NCBI GenBank assembly: GCA_049451035.1
Contig: JBMTVD010000003.1
Location: forward strand, 1 to 50,908
Length of the DNA: 50,908 nt
Reading direction: 5' to 3'
DNA from: Chthoniobacterales bacterium
Lineage (GTDB): Bacteria > Verrucomicrobiota > Verrucomicrobiia > Chthoniobacterales > JACTMZ01
The stretch's first letter is position 1. Each line of letters begins with the position of its first letter. Shown piece after piece: positions 27,562 to 38,979 of this stretch. The notes under the pieces were generated by a model. The model was given only the letters and a program-made list of their open reading frames with translations, ran no database searches and was not told the origin of the DNA. Both the position numbers and the translations under genes were made by a program.

Positions 27562-28704
27562 ATGCGTGGTCGGACGGCCTATATTCTCATCCTCTCCGTG
27601 GTCAGCTTGCTGGCCATCGGGATCGTCATGCTGCAGAGCACGGGCGCATTCGCCCGTGACAGCCATGGCGACATGCATCATTTCATCAGACGGCAAAGCT
27701 TCTGGTTGTGCGTCGGTCTCGTTCTCATGGTGGGCGCGTCGCTGACCGATTACCGTTGGTGGGGAAAATTCTGGCCGTATCTTTACGGGCTCGCGGCCGT
27801 GCTGCTGGTCCTCTGCTTCGTGCCCCCGATCGGCATGAAGATCAACGGTTCGTGGCGCTGGATCAACCTCGGGTTCGCCTCGTTCCAGCCGAGCGAGTTG
27901 GCCAAGGTGGCTGCCCTCGTGTTCCTCGCTTGGTGGTATCACCGTCATGAAAACGAAACAAAACGACTCTGGCGCGGTTTGGTCATGCCCTGCGGTGCCG
28001 TCGCTTTGCTGATCGGCTTGATCGCGCTGGAGGTCGATCTCGGCGCCTCCGCTCTCATCGGTTTGACGGCCTTCTGCGTCATGTTTGTCGGCGGCGCGAG
28101 TTTGCTCTGGTTGACACCCATGGTTGTGGTCGGTCTGGCGGGTTTGGTCTATGCCGTGTTGCACAACCCCGAACGTTTTGCCCGCATTCTTGCTTTTCTC
28201 AACCCCTGGGCGACGCGGCAGGACGAGGGCTTGCAGCAATGGCAGGCCATGGTGGCCTTCGGAGCCGGGGGCGTATCGGGCGCGGGATTGGGCAACGGGC
28301 GGATCAAGATGCTCTACCTGCCTTACGCGCACACCGATTTTATTTTTCCGATGATCGGCGAGGAGCTCGGGTTGCGCTTCACCCTGCTAGTTGTCTTCTG
28401 CTTCCTGCTCATTCTTTTCTCCGGCGCCCTCATCGCGATGAACGCCAAGGACCGCTTCGGCATGCTGCTCGGTTTCGGGATTACCATCGTCATCGCCCTG
28501 CAGGCCGCCATCAACATCGGCGTGACCACCTCGCTGCTGCCCAACAAGGGAATGCCGCTGCCCTTCATCAGCTACGGCGGAAGCAATCTCGCGGTGAACA
28601 TGCTGCTCATCGGTGTTCTCCTCAACATCCACCGCCAGGGGCGTCGCCAGCGCGCACCGCGCGTCCGCGCCATCCCGGCCACCAGCCTCGCGGTCCGACT
28701 CTGA
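27562..28704 (+). CDS. ftsW: SEDS peptidoglycan polymerase FtsW
   Basis: 'RWI', 'QPSELAK', 'LPYAHTDFIF', 'EELG', 'PNKGMPLPFISYGGS'. Confidence 0.96.
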   Translation: MRGRTAYILILSVVSLLAIGIVMLQSTGAFARDSHGDMHHFIRRQSFWLCVGLVLMVGASLTDYRWWGKFWPYLYGLAAVLLVLCFVPPIGMKINGSWRWINLGFASFQPSELAKVAALVFLAWWYHRHENETKRLWRGLVMPCGAVALLIGLIALEVDLGASALIGLTAFCVMFVGGASLLWLTPMVVVGLAGLVYAVLHNPERFARILAFLNPWATRQDEGLQQWQAMVAFGAGGVSGAGLGNGRIKMLYLPYAHTDFIFPMIGEELGLRFTLLVVFCFLLILFSGALIAMNAKDRFGMLLGFGITIVIALQAAINIGVTTSLLPNKGMPLPFISYGGSNLAVNMLLIGVLLNIHRQGRRQRAPRVRAIPATSLAVRL

Positions 28705-29792
28705 TGAAGTTCATCATCGCGTGCGGGGGAACCGGCGGCCATCTGTTCCCGGGATTGGCCGTTGCCGAGGAACTCCGCCGCGACCGGCACGAGGTGCTTC
28801 TCCTCGTGTCGCAAAAGACGATCGACGAGCGCGCGCTGCGGGCGTTTCCCGACATGCCGCGGGAGGCTTTGCCCTCGATCGGACTGCCCTCCTCGCTTTC
28901 ACCGGCCGCGCTCAATTTCGCCGGGCGTCTGCTGGCCAGCTACCGACGGTGCGGCAAGACCTGCGACCTTTTCCGTCCCGACGCGGTGCTCGGCATGGGT
29001 GGCTTCACCAGCATCGCGCCTCTCGCCGCCGCCTGGCGCCGCGGGATTCCGGCTTATCTGCACGATTCCAACGCGATCCCAGGCAAGGCCAATCGTCTCG
29101 GGGCCCGCTTTTGCCGCGAAGTGCTGCTCGGTTTCGGTGATTGCGCCCGTCACTTTCCCGGCCGGGCCGTGCGCGTCACCGGGACACCCCTTCGCAGCGA
29201 GTTGATTGTCGACGTACCCGCCCGGGCTCGGGCGCTGCGTTGCCTGGGACTGGAGCCGGACACGCGCACCGTGCTTGTCATGGGCGGAAGCCAGGGGGCC
29301 GCGGGGATCAATGCCGCCATGGCCGGTGCGGCGGCGCAGTTGCGCGACGGCGGTCTCCAGATCATCCACCTCAGCGGGGAGCGCGACGCGGCCAAGCTCG
29401 GCGAGGCCTACCGCGCGGTGGGTGCGTCAGCGGTCGTTCTGCCGTTTTGCGACCGGATGCAGGATGTCTACGCCGCGGCCGATCTGGCCGTTTCCCGTTC
29501 CGGGGCCGCCAGCTTGACCGAGTTGTCCTGGTTCGGATTGCCCTCGGTTCTCATTCCTTACCCCCACGCCGCCGAGGACCACCAGACCTTGAACGCCCGC
29601 ATTTTCGAGAAAGCCGGAGCGGCCCGTCTGCTCCCCGAGAGCGAGGTGACTGGAGCTTCGCTGGCCTCCCTGATAACGTCACTTTTCGCATCGGGAGCAT
29701 CTTTGGAAACGATGGCGGCGGCTTCCAAGTCGCTGGCCCCGCACGACGCGGCGAAAAAGGTGGCCGACGTATTGACGCACGCAAAACGATGA
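28704..29792 (+). CDS. murG: Lipid II GlcNAc transferase
   Basis: 'GGTGGHLFPG', 'GGSQGA', 'SRSGAASLTEL', 'HQTLNA'. Confidence 0.97.
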   Translation: MKFIIACGGTGGHLFPGLAVAEELRRDRHEVLLLVSQKTIDERALRAFPDMPREALPSIGLPSSLSPAALNFAGRLLASYRRCGKTCDLFRPDAVLGMGGFTSIAPLAAAWRRGIPAYLHDSNAIPGKANRLGARFCREVLLGFGDCARHFPGRAVRVTGTPLRSELIVDVPARARALRCLGLEPDTRTVLVMGGSQGAAGINAAMAGAAAQLRDGGLQIIHLSGERDAAKLGEAYRAVGASAVVLPFCDRMQDVYAAADLAVSRSGAASLTELSWFGLPSVLIPYPHAAEDHQTLNARIFEKAGAARLLPESEVTGASLASLITSLFASGASLETMAAASKSLAPHDAAKKVADVLTHAKR

Positions 29793-32077
29793 AAGCCCGC
29801 GAATTGTCCGAGTTTTTCCACGGTGCGCCGCGCAGCATCCACCTTATCGGCGTGGCCGGTTCCGGCATGAGCGGCATCGCCGCGCTCCTGCTCACCTTGG
29901 GCCACCGGGTCAGTGGTTCGGACCGAGTCGACACCGCGGAGGTCCGGCGTCTGCAATCGCTGGGGCTTGATTTTTGCACTCCGCAACGCGCGTCCGACGC
30001 CGACGACGCCGAGTTGGTCATCTACTCCTCGGCCATCCGGCCCGGCAACCCCGCGTTCGATGCCGCGAAGTCGGCCGGCAAGCCGCTCGTTCGTCGTGCC
30101 GAAGCGCTCGCCGCGCTCATGGCCGGCAAGAAGGGGATCTTGGTCTGCGGCATGCACGGGAAGACCACGGTCTCCGCCATGGCGGCTCATGTTCTCCGCG
30201 CCGCCGGCGTGCATCCTTCTCATTATATCGGCGCCGAAATTCCGATCCTCGGAAGCAATGCACGTTGGGACGCGGGCGGGGAATTCTTCGTGGCCGAAGG
30301 CGACGAGAGTGACGGCACCATCGTGCAATACCATCCCGAGCACAGCATCGTACTCAATATCGAACCGGAGCATCTCGACCATTACCCGGACCTTGCCGCG
30401 ATTGATGCGGCCTTCGGCCAGTTGCTCCGCCAGACGTCCGGCAAAATCGTCTATTGCGCAGACGATGAAGGCGCGCGCCGTGTTTGTGCGGCTTTTCCCT
30501 CCGCGGTGTCCTACGGGAAGACCGGCGAATACGAATTGCGCGATTTCCGGGCCGCCGACTTCGGCTCCGTTTTTTCGCTCTGCCGCCGGGACGACGAGTT
30601 GGCGCGCGTGACTTTGAACGTGCCCGGCGAGCATAATGCGCTCAATGCCTGCGCCGTGCTCGCGCTCGCCGCCGAACTCGGTCTTGATATGCCCGCCTGT
30701 GTCAAAGCGCTCGCGTCTTTTCGCGGCGCGCGCCGCCGTTTCGAGACCCTCTTCGCCTCCGGTGATTATCTGCTGGTCGATGACTACGGTCATCACCCGA
30801 CCGAAATCGCCGCCGTGCTCCGCGCCGCCCGCGATACCGGCCGGGCGCGTGTGATCCTGCTTTTCCAACCGCACCGCTACACGCGCACGCAGGCGTTGCA
30901 GGAGGAGTTCGGCCGCGCCTTGGCCCTCGCCGATGCCGCCGTGGTGACCGATGTTTATCCGGCCAGCGAGGAACCGATCCCCGGCGTGAGCGGGCAATTG
31001 CTTGTCGATGCCGCCCAACGCAATGGTGCGGGTGATGTCTTTTACCGGGCCTCGCGGGATGAGGCCGCGCGTTGCGCGGGTCAACTTTTGCGCCCCGGCG
31101 ATCTTCTTGTCACCCTTGGTGCGGGCAACATCCACGAGCAGGGAACGATGCTCGCCTCCGACCTGCGCGTTCTCGAGCGCCTGCGCGAGGCCATGGGCCC
31201 GGGCGTCGCGCGGCTCTACGAACCGATGGCCAAACACACGACCATGCGGGTGGGCGGGCCGGCCCAATTCTGGCTCGAGCCCGAGACGGAGCACGGCTTT
31301 TGCGAGCTGATCCAGGTCTCCAAGGCCGAAGGTCTTCCGCTCATGGTCGTGGGGCGCGGATCCAATCTTATCGTGCGCGATGGAGGCCTTCGTGGCGCCG
31401 TGGTGCGTTTGCGCCGCGGAGTCTTCGGGGAATTCACCGTTTTGGACGAAGGTATCCGGGCCGGGGTGGGGGTGCGCCTCAAGGCGCTGAGCGGCGCCGC
31501 CATCACTGCGGGCCTCGCGGGTTTCGAGTGGATGGAGGGTATTCCGGGAGACGTGGGAGGTTGCCTGCGCATGAATGCCGGGGCCATGGGTGTCGAGGCT
31601 TTCGACCAGGTCGAACTCCTGCGTTACGCGGACCACGAAGGAAACATTCTCGAGAAATCGCCGCGGGAATTGGAGGTGCAATACCGCAACATTCCCTTGC
31701 TGCAGGCCAACTACGCACTCTCCGCGGTGTTCCGCGGTCGGCGGGAGGACGCGGCCGAGATCGACCGCCGTACCAGAGAATACGCGGCGAAACGCAAAGC
31801 GTCGCAGCCCGCGGGCGCCAGTGCGGGGTGCATCTTCCGCAACCCGGAGGGCGGCAAGGCCGGCCAACTGGTGGACAGCGCCGGGCTGAAAAACCACCAT
31901 GTCGGCGCGGCCCGCGTTTCCGATCGCCACGCCAATTTCATCGTCAACGAAGGCGGCGCCAGCGCCAGCGATGTTCTCGCCTTGGTGGAGGAGGTGCGCG
32001 CCGCCGTCCTCGCCCGCCACGGGGTGCGCCTGGAAAACGAAGTGCAGATCATCGGGGAGGATCGGCCCGCGGCATGA
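29789..32077 (+). CDS. murC: Fused MurC-MurB (L-Ala ligase plus UDP-GlcNAc-enolpyruvate reductase), 762 aa
   Basis: MurC motifs (GVAGSGMS, HGKTT, EGDESD, DDYGHHPTE, FQPHRY, LGAGNI) continue without a stop into MurB motifs (HTTMRVGGPA, GRGSN, GIPG...MNAGA, SAGCIFRNP, HANFIVN, LENEV). Confidence 0.95.
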   Translation: MKARELSEFFHGAPRSIHLIGVAGSGMSGIAALLLTLGHRVSGSDRVDTAEVRRLQSLGLDFCTPQRASDADDAELVIYSSAIRPGNPAFDAAKSAGKPLVRRAEALAALMAGKKGILVCGMHGKTTVSAMAAHVLRAAGVHPSHYIGAEIPILGSNARWDAGGEFFVAEGDESDGTIVQYHPEHSIVLNIEPEHLDHYPDLAAIDAAFGQLLRQTSGKIVYCADDEGARRVCAAFPSAVSYGKTGEYELRDFRAADFGSVFSLCRRDDELARVTLNVPGEHNALNACAVLALAAELGLDMPACVKALASFRGARRRFETLFASGDYLLVDDYGHHPTEIAAVLRAARDTGRARVILLFQPHRYTRTQALQEEFGRALALADAAVVTDVYPASEEPIPGVSGQLLVDAAQRNGAGDVFYRASRDEAARCAGQLLRPGDLLVTLGAGNIHEQGTMLASDLRVLERLREAMGPGVARLYEPMAKHTTMRVGGPAQFWLEPETEHGFCELIQVSKAEGLPLMVVGRGSNLIVRDGGLRGAVVRLRRGVFGEFTVLDEGIRAGVGVRLKALSGAAITAGLAGFEWMEGIPGDVGGCLRMNAGAMGVEAFDQVELLRYADHEGNILEKSPRELEVQYRNIPLLQANYALSAVFRGRREDAAEIDRRTREYAAKRKASQPAGASAGCIFRNPEGGKAGQLVDSAGLKNHHVGAARVSDRHANFIVNEGGASASDVLALVEEVRAAVLARHGVRLENEVQIIGEDRPAA

Positions 32078-32985
32078 GGTCGGAACTGAAAGATCTGCAT
32101 CTCGTTGTCCTCATGGGCGGACCGGGCTCGGAGCGCGAAGTCTCTTTACGGTCGGGTGCGGCCGTGGCCCGGGCCTTGTCCGAAGGGGGATACCGTGTCA
32201 CGCCGCTCGAGGTGCACGGAACCGAGGTGCCTCTGCCGGTTGACACGGACCTTTGCGTCAACATGATCCACGGCACGTTCGGCGAGGATGGGCGCTTGCA
32301 AGCGCTGTTGGAGGAGCGGGGGGTGGCTTACACCGGCGAGGGTGTGGCCGGCAGCCGTCTTGCTTTCGACAAGTTGGCCAGCAAACAGCGCTTCCGCGAA
32401 GCAAATGTCCCGACCCCGGGCTGGGAGCAAATCTCTGCGGGCCAACATCCCTCTCTTCCGCTTCCTGTCGTGGTCAAAGCGCCACGCGAAGGATCCAGTG
32501 TCGGTGTCTACATCGTCCGCGAGGCGTCCGCCCTCGAGAACGCCCTTCGCCAATGCGCCTCGCTCGACCGCCAGATCCTCGTCGAGGAATTCGTCGAAGG
32601 ACGGGAACTTACCGTCGGGGTCGTCGGCGAAAAAGCCCTGTCCATCGTCGAAATCAGGCCCCACGAGGGATTCTACGACTATGCCCACAAATACACCAAG
32701 GGCGCGTCGGACTACTTTTGCCCGGCCCCGCTCGATGACCGGACCACGGCCCTGGTCCAAGACACCGCCCTCCGGGCCCATCGCTCCCTCGGGTTGGAGG
32801 TTTACTCCCGGGTGGACGTCCTGCTGCGCGCCGATGGATCGATTTCCGTGCTCGAGGCCAATACCATCCCGGGTATGACCGAAACGAGTCTTCTGCCCAA
32901 GGCGGCCGAGGCCGTCGGCCTCAGCTTCCTGGAACTTTGCGAGGAAATCGCCTCGCTCTCCCTGCGCCGATTCCGACAACCATGA
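32074..32985 (+). CDS. ddl: D-alanine-D-alanine ligase
   Basis: 'GGPGSEREVSL', 'HGTFGEDG', 'EGSSVG', 'FYDYAHKY' (Tyr-type omega loop), 'EANTIPGMT'. Confidence 0.96.
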   Translation: MRSELKDLHLVVLMGGPGSEREVSLRSGAAVARALSEGGYRVTPLEVHGTEVPLPVDTDLCVNMIHGTFGEDGRLQALLEERGVAYTGEGVAGSRLAFDKLASKQRFREANVPTPGWEQISAGQHPSLPLPVVVKAPREGSSVGVYIVREASALENALRQCASLDRQILVEEFVEGRELTVGVVGEKALSIVEIRPHEGFYDYAHKYTKGASDYFCPAPLDDRTTALVQDTALRAHRSLGLEVYSRVDVLLRADGSISVLEANTIPGMTETSLLPKAAEAVGLSFLELCEEIASLSLRRFRQP

Positions 32986-33926
32986 AATTCCTCCGCCGCA
33001 AAACAACCCGCAAACGCCGCCCGGCGCGCAAGCGCCGCCGTGACCATCTCCTCGAAGTGACCGCAACGGCCGAGACCGAACGCCGTCGCCGCAACCAGAA
33101 GCTGTTCCTTTATGCCGGCGAGGCGGTCGTGGTGCTTGGCATCATCGCTTTCGCCTACCTCGGTATCCGGGCTCTCCTCGACAGCCAGATCTTCACCAAC
33201 CCGCAATACGCCGTGCGTGTCATCGAGGTCGACACCGACGGCGTCATGACTCGTGAGGAGGCACTGGAAAAAACCGGCATCCGGGAGGGGTTGAATATCT
33301 TCTCCCTCAATCTCGAGTCGGCGCAGCGTGCCCTCGATATCTTGCCGGAGATCAAAAGCGCCAAGGTCGAGCGCATCCTGCCGGACAGTGTTTCCATCGA
33401 CATCGAAGCGCGGAGGCCCGTCGCTTGGGTGGTGCCCCGCGACACGGGAGAGGACCCCTCCGCCATGGAGACCTCGTGCCTGGTCGACATGGACTGCGTC
33501 ATGATGAAACCTTCGTCCCTGCGCTCAACCTACGCCCGGTTGCCGGTCGTCTACGGGGTACCCACCGAGCAATGGCGTTTGGGTGACCCGATCGAAATGC
33601 CTGCCCTGCGCCAGTCGCTCGAGCTTTTTGCCCGGGCGGCCGAGCGCACCAATCCCGATGTGGTCCTGCGCGCCGCCGACGTTTCCAAGGAATGGTGCAT
33701 CGTCGCCTGGGCCGAACCCGGAACGCGTTACACCTTCGGTCCGAGCGACATTCCGGCGCAACTCGACCGTTTGCAGATGATTCTCGCGCACCTTGCCACG
33801 GGCACGCGGAAGATTGCCACCGCCAACCTCATCCCCGAACGCAACACGCCCGTGACTTTCCAGGGCGACCCGCCGCCGGCCGAAATCGTGCCGCCCCAAA
33901 GATCCGCGGCCAACAAGAAACCCTGA
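32982..33926 (+). CDS. ftsQ: FtsQ/DivIB family protein
   Basis: Basic cytoplasmic N-terminus, TM helix, POTRA-like 'NIFSLNL...LPEIKSAKVERILPDSVSIDIEARRPVA'; lies between ddl and ftsA. Confidence 0.85.
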   Translation: MKFLRRKTTRKRRPARKRRRDHLLEVTATAETERRRRNQKLFLYAGEAVVVLGIIAFAYLGIRALLDSQIFTNPQYAVRVIEVDTDGVMTREEALEKTGIREGLNIFSLNLESAQRALDILPEIKSAKVERILPDSVSIDIEARRPVAWVVPRDTGEDPSAMETSCLVDMDCVMMKPSSLRSTYARLPVVYGVPTEQWRLGDPIEMPALRQSLELFARAAERTNPDVVLRAADVSKEWCIVAWAEPGTRYTFGPSDIPAQLDRLQMILAHLATGTRKIATANLIPERNTPVTFQGDPPPAEIVPPQRSAANKKP

Positions 33927-33928
33927 CC

Positions 33929-35143
33929 ATGGCCCGCTCGATCCTGCATGTCGGTTTGGAGATCGGCACGACGAAAGTCGCCGCGGTCATCGGCGAGACA
34001 CGCAGCGACGGACTGCTGCGCATCATCGGCGTCGGCGAGTCGGCGTCCCGCGGTGTGCGCAAGGGCGAAATCGTCGACATCGGCAAAATCACCCTTTGTC
34101 TCAACGACGCTGTTTCCGAGGCCGAGGAAAAGGCGGACTGCGAGATCACCGAGGTGGTCGCCGCGGTGACCGGTTCGCACCTCGAAGGACTCAACAACCG
34201 GGGGGGAATCCAGATCCCCGAGGACCATGATGAAATCGACGAGGAGGATGTCCAGGAGGTGCAGCAAAGCGCCCTCGATGTGACGATTCCCACCGGGAAT
34301 GTCTTCCTGCACAACATCGTGCAGCATTACTACGTCGACGGGCAGGAGGGAGTGGCCAGTCCGCTCGGCATGATCGGCCGCAAGCTGGAAGCGGAGTTCC
34401 ATATTGTCCACGGCACCAAGACACGCATCCAAAACAACCTGCGGTGTATCAGGGAAGCCAATCTCAAGGTCGGCAATGTCGTCATGAGTGCGGTGGCCTC
34501 CGCGCAGGCCGTCATCGAGCAAACGGAGCGCGACCTCGGGGCTCTGGTCATCGACATAGGCGGGGGAACTACCGATTACATCCTTTTCCGCGACGGCATG
34601 GTCCGCCAGACCGGCGTTCTCGCGGTCGGCGGTGACCACATTACCAACGATATTTCGATCGGTTTGCGTGTCCCGACCAAGTGGGCGGAGAAGTTGAAGG
34701 TCGAGCACGCCGATGTCAGTCCCGGCGCGGTCAATGCCCGCGGTACGGTCGAGATCGAGGACCCGACGTACGCCGGCGGGGTCATCGAGAGGCGTATGCT
34801 CAACATCGTGGCCGAAGCGCGTGTGCGCGAACTTTTCAACCTGCTCCGGAGCCGCCTCAGCTTCGAGCGGCACGCACAATTTCTGGGCGGGGGAATCCTT
34901 GTCACCGGCGGAACAGCCGATCTCAAGGGGATCGCCCTGCTCGCCTCCGAGGTCTTCGGAGTGCCCGCCCGCGTCGCCGTGCCGCGGCCCGTCATGGGGC
35001 CGAGTATCCTTTTCGAGAGCCCGCGTTTCAGCACGGCGGTCGGGCTCGTTCTCTACGCCCAAGCGGCGCAGGAAGCCCTCGAGGATATTTCCATCCTCGA
35101 CCGCCTGCGCAATAAAATCGGCCGCTTCATTCCCGGCTTATGA
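33929..35143 (+). CDS. ftsA: Cell division protein FtsA
   Basis: 'GLEIGTTKV', 'DIGGGTTD', 'GGDHITNDI', 'AEKLK', 'TGGTA', C-terminal amphipathic helix. Confidence 0.95.
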   Translation: MARSILHVGLEIGTTKVAAVIGETRSDGLLRIIGVGESASRGVRKGEIVDIGKITLCLNDAVSEAEEKADCEITEVVAAVTGSHLEGLNNRGGIQIPEDHDEIDEEDVQEVQQSALDVTIPTGNVFLHNIVQHYYVDGQEGVASPLGMIGRKLEAEFHIVHGTKTRIQNNLRCIREANLKVGNVVMSAVASAQAVIEQTERDLGALVIDIGGGTTDYILFRDGMVRQTGVLAVGGDHITNDISIGLRVPTKWAEKLKVEHADVSPGAVNARGTVEIEDPTYAGGVIERRMLNIVAEARVRELFNLLRSRLSFERHAQFLGGGILVTGGTADLKGIALLASEVFGVPARVAVPRPVMGPSILFESPRFSTAVGLVLYAQAAQEALEDISILDRLRNKIGRFIPGL

Positions 35144-36390
35144 TCAACCTCGGTCCCAATGCCCAAGCGGCCGCGCCCGCCGTGCCTGTCGCCTCGGTGA
35201 AAATATTCGGCGTGGGCGGCGCCGGTCTCTCGATTCTCGAGCGTCTGGCCGGGGCCGGTCTCGGGCGCGCCGAGTTGGTGGCCGCGAGCACCGATGCCCA
35301 AGCCCTGCTGCATTCCGCGGCTTCGTGCAAAATCCAACTCGGACGCGAGGGTACCAAGGGTCTGGGCGCGGGCGGCGATCCGGTGGTCGGGGAAAGCGCA
35401 GCCAAGGAAAGTGCCGCGGAAATCCGCGCCGAATGCGCCGGGGCCCAAGTCGTTGTTGTTTGCGCGGGTCTGGGTGGGGGCACCGGCTCGGGAGCCGCTC
35501 CGGCCATTGCCCATGAGGCCCACCGCAAAGGGGCGCTTGTCATTGGTGTGGTGACCATGCCGCTGGGCGGGGAGGGCGGCAAGCGCCGCGACCAGGCCCA
35601 GCATGCGCTCAACCGTCTGGCCCGCTCTTGCACCGCCGTCCTCTGCTTCGAGAACGATCGTCTCAACGAATTGGGCCCCGAAGGCGCCACCATCTCCGAT
35701 GCCTTCAATGCGGCCTCCGCCTTGCTCGCTTCCGCTGTAGCCGCCGTGGTGCGCATGGTCAGCCTGCCGTCCGTCCTGCGCCTCGGTATCGACGAGTTGG
35801 TCAGCGTTTTCAACGGTTCCGGTGCTCGCTGCGAATTCGGGTGCGGGTTTGCCACCGGCCCCGACCGCGTTCGTGCCGCGGTCGAGGAAGCCCTGCGCAG
35901 TCCGCTTCTCGAGAGCGGCAAGCTGCTCGGTGAAGTGGAGAATGTGCTCGTGCACATCACGGGCGACAGCTCCGTCAAGCTCACGGAAGTTCACTCCGCC
36001 CTCCGACAGATTTCCGGCCGCGTGGAGGACAGCGCCCAGGTCATGCTCGGCGTGGCGCTGGACCCGGAAGAGACGGACACCTTCGGCGTCGTCATCATGG
36101 CCTGCGCCAACTCGGGTGGGGGACACGATGCCGCCATCGACATTGGCGACGATGAGGAAAAAGCGGAGGACGGCTCCGCGGAGCAGGACAACGAGAACGC
36201 GCCCAAGCCGTCCAGATCCAGGTCCAAAACCAAAGCCTCGCGCAAGGCGGATGCCGGCCGCCAGAAGCAGGAGGAACTCCCCCTCGATCAGGCCATGCGC
36301 GGTCGCTTCAAAGACCTCGACCCCACGATGGTCGACGGGCAGGACCTCGATGTGCCGACGTTTATTCGGATGCGAATCCGCCTCCAATAG
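35140..36390 (+). CDS. ftsZ: Divergent FtsZ
   Basis: 'GVGGAG', 'TDAQAL', 'GLGAGGDP', tubulin signature GGGTGSG, C-terminal 'DLDVPTFIR'. The T7 loop is non-canonical. Confidence 0.92.
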   Translation: MINLGPNAQAAAPAVPVASVKIFGVGGAGLSILERLAGAGLGRAELVAASTDAQALLHSAASCKIQLGREGTKGLGAGGDPVVGESAAKESAAEIRAECAGAQVVVVCAGLGGGTGSGAAPAIAHEAHRKGALVIGVVTMPLGGEGGKRRDQAQHALNRLARSCTAVLCFENDRLNELGPEGATISDAFNAASALLASAVAAVVRMVSLPSVLRLGIDELVSVFNGSGARCEFGCGFATGPDRVRAAVEEALRSPLLESGKLLGEVENVLVHITGDSSVKLTEVHSALRQISGRVEDSAQVMLGVALDPEETDTFGVVIMACANSGGGHDAAIDIGDDEEKAEDGSAEQDNENAPKPSRSRSKTKASRKADAGRQKQEELPLDQAMRGRFKDLDPTMVDGQDLDVPTFIRMRIRLQ

Positions 36391-36399
36391 TGTTATTCT
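36391..36399 (+). promoter_or_regulatory. Extended -10 element for clpB
   Basis: TGtTATTCT lies 9 nt before ATG 36409, in the 18-nt ftsZ-clpB gap. Confidence 0.45.
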
Positions 36400-36408
36400 G
36401 ACGGTCGC

Positions 36409-38979
<2,571 letters not shown>

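Noticed and set aside
32671-32700. Possible D-Ala-D-Lac (vancomycin-resistance type) ligase
   Set aside because: The omega loop reads FYDYAHKY, the Tyr form typical of D-Ala-D-Ala ligases.
651-33928. Long N-terminal extensions in the ORF track (deacetylase, TVP38, rsmH, murF, murD, murG, murC, ddl, ftsA) that suggest fusions
   Set aside because: The extensions overlap the upstream gene in another frame or strand. Downstream starts, mostly with stop/start coupling, match normal protein lengths.
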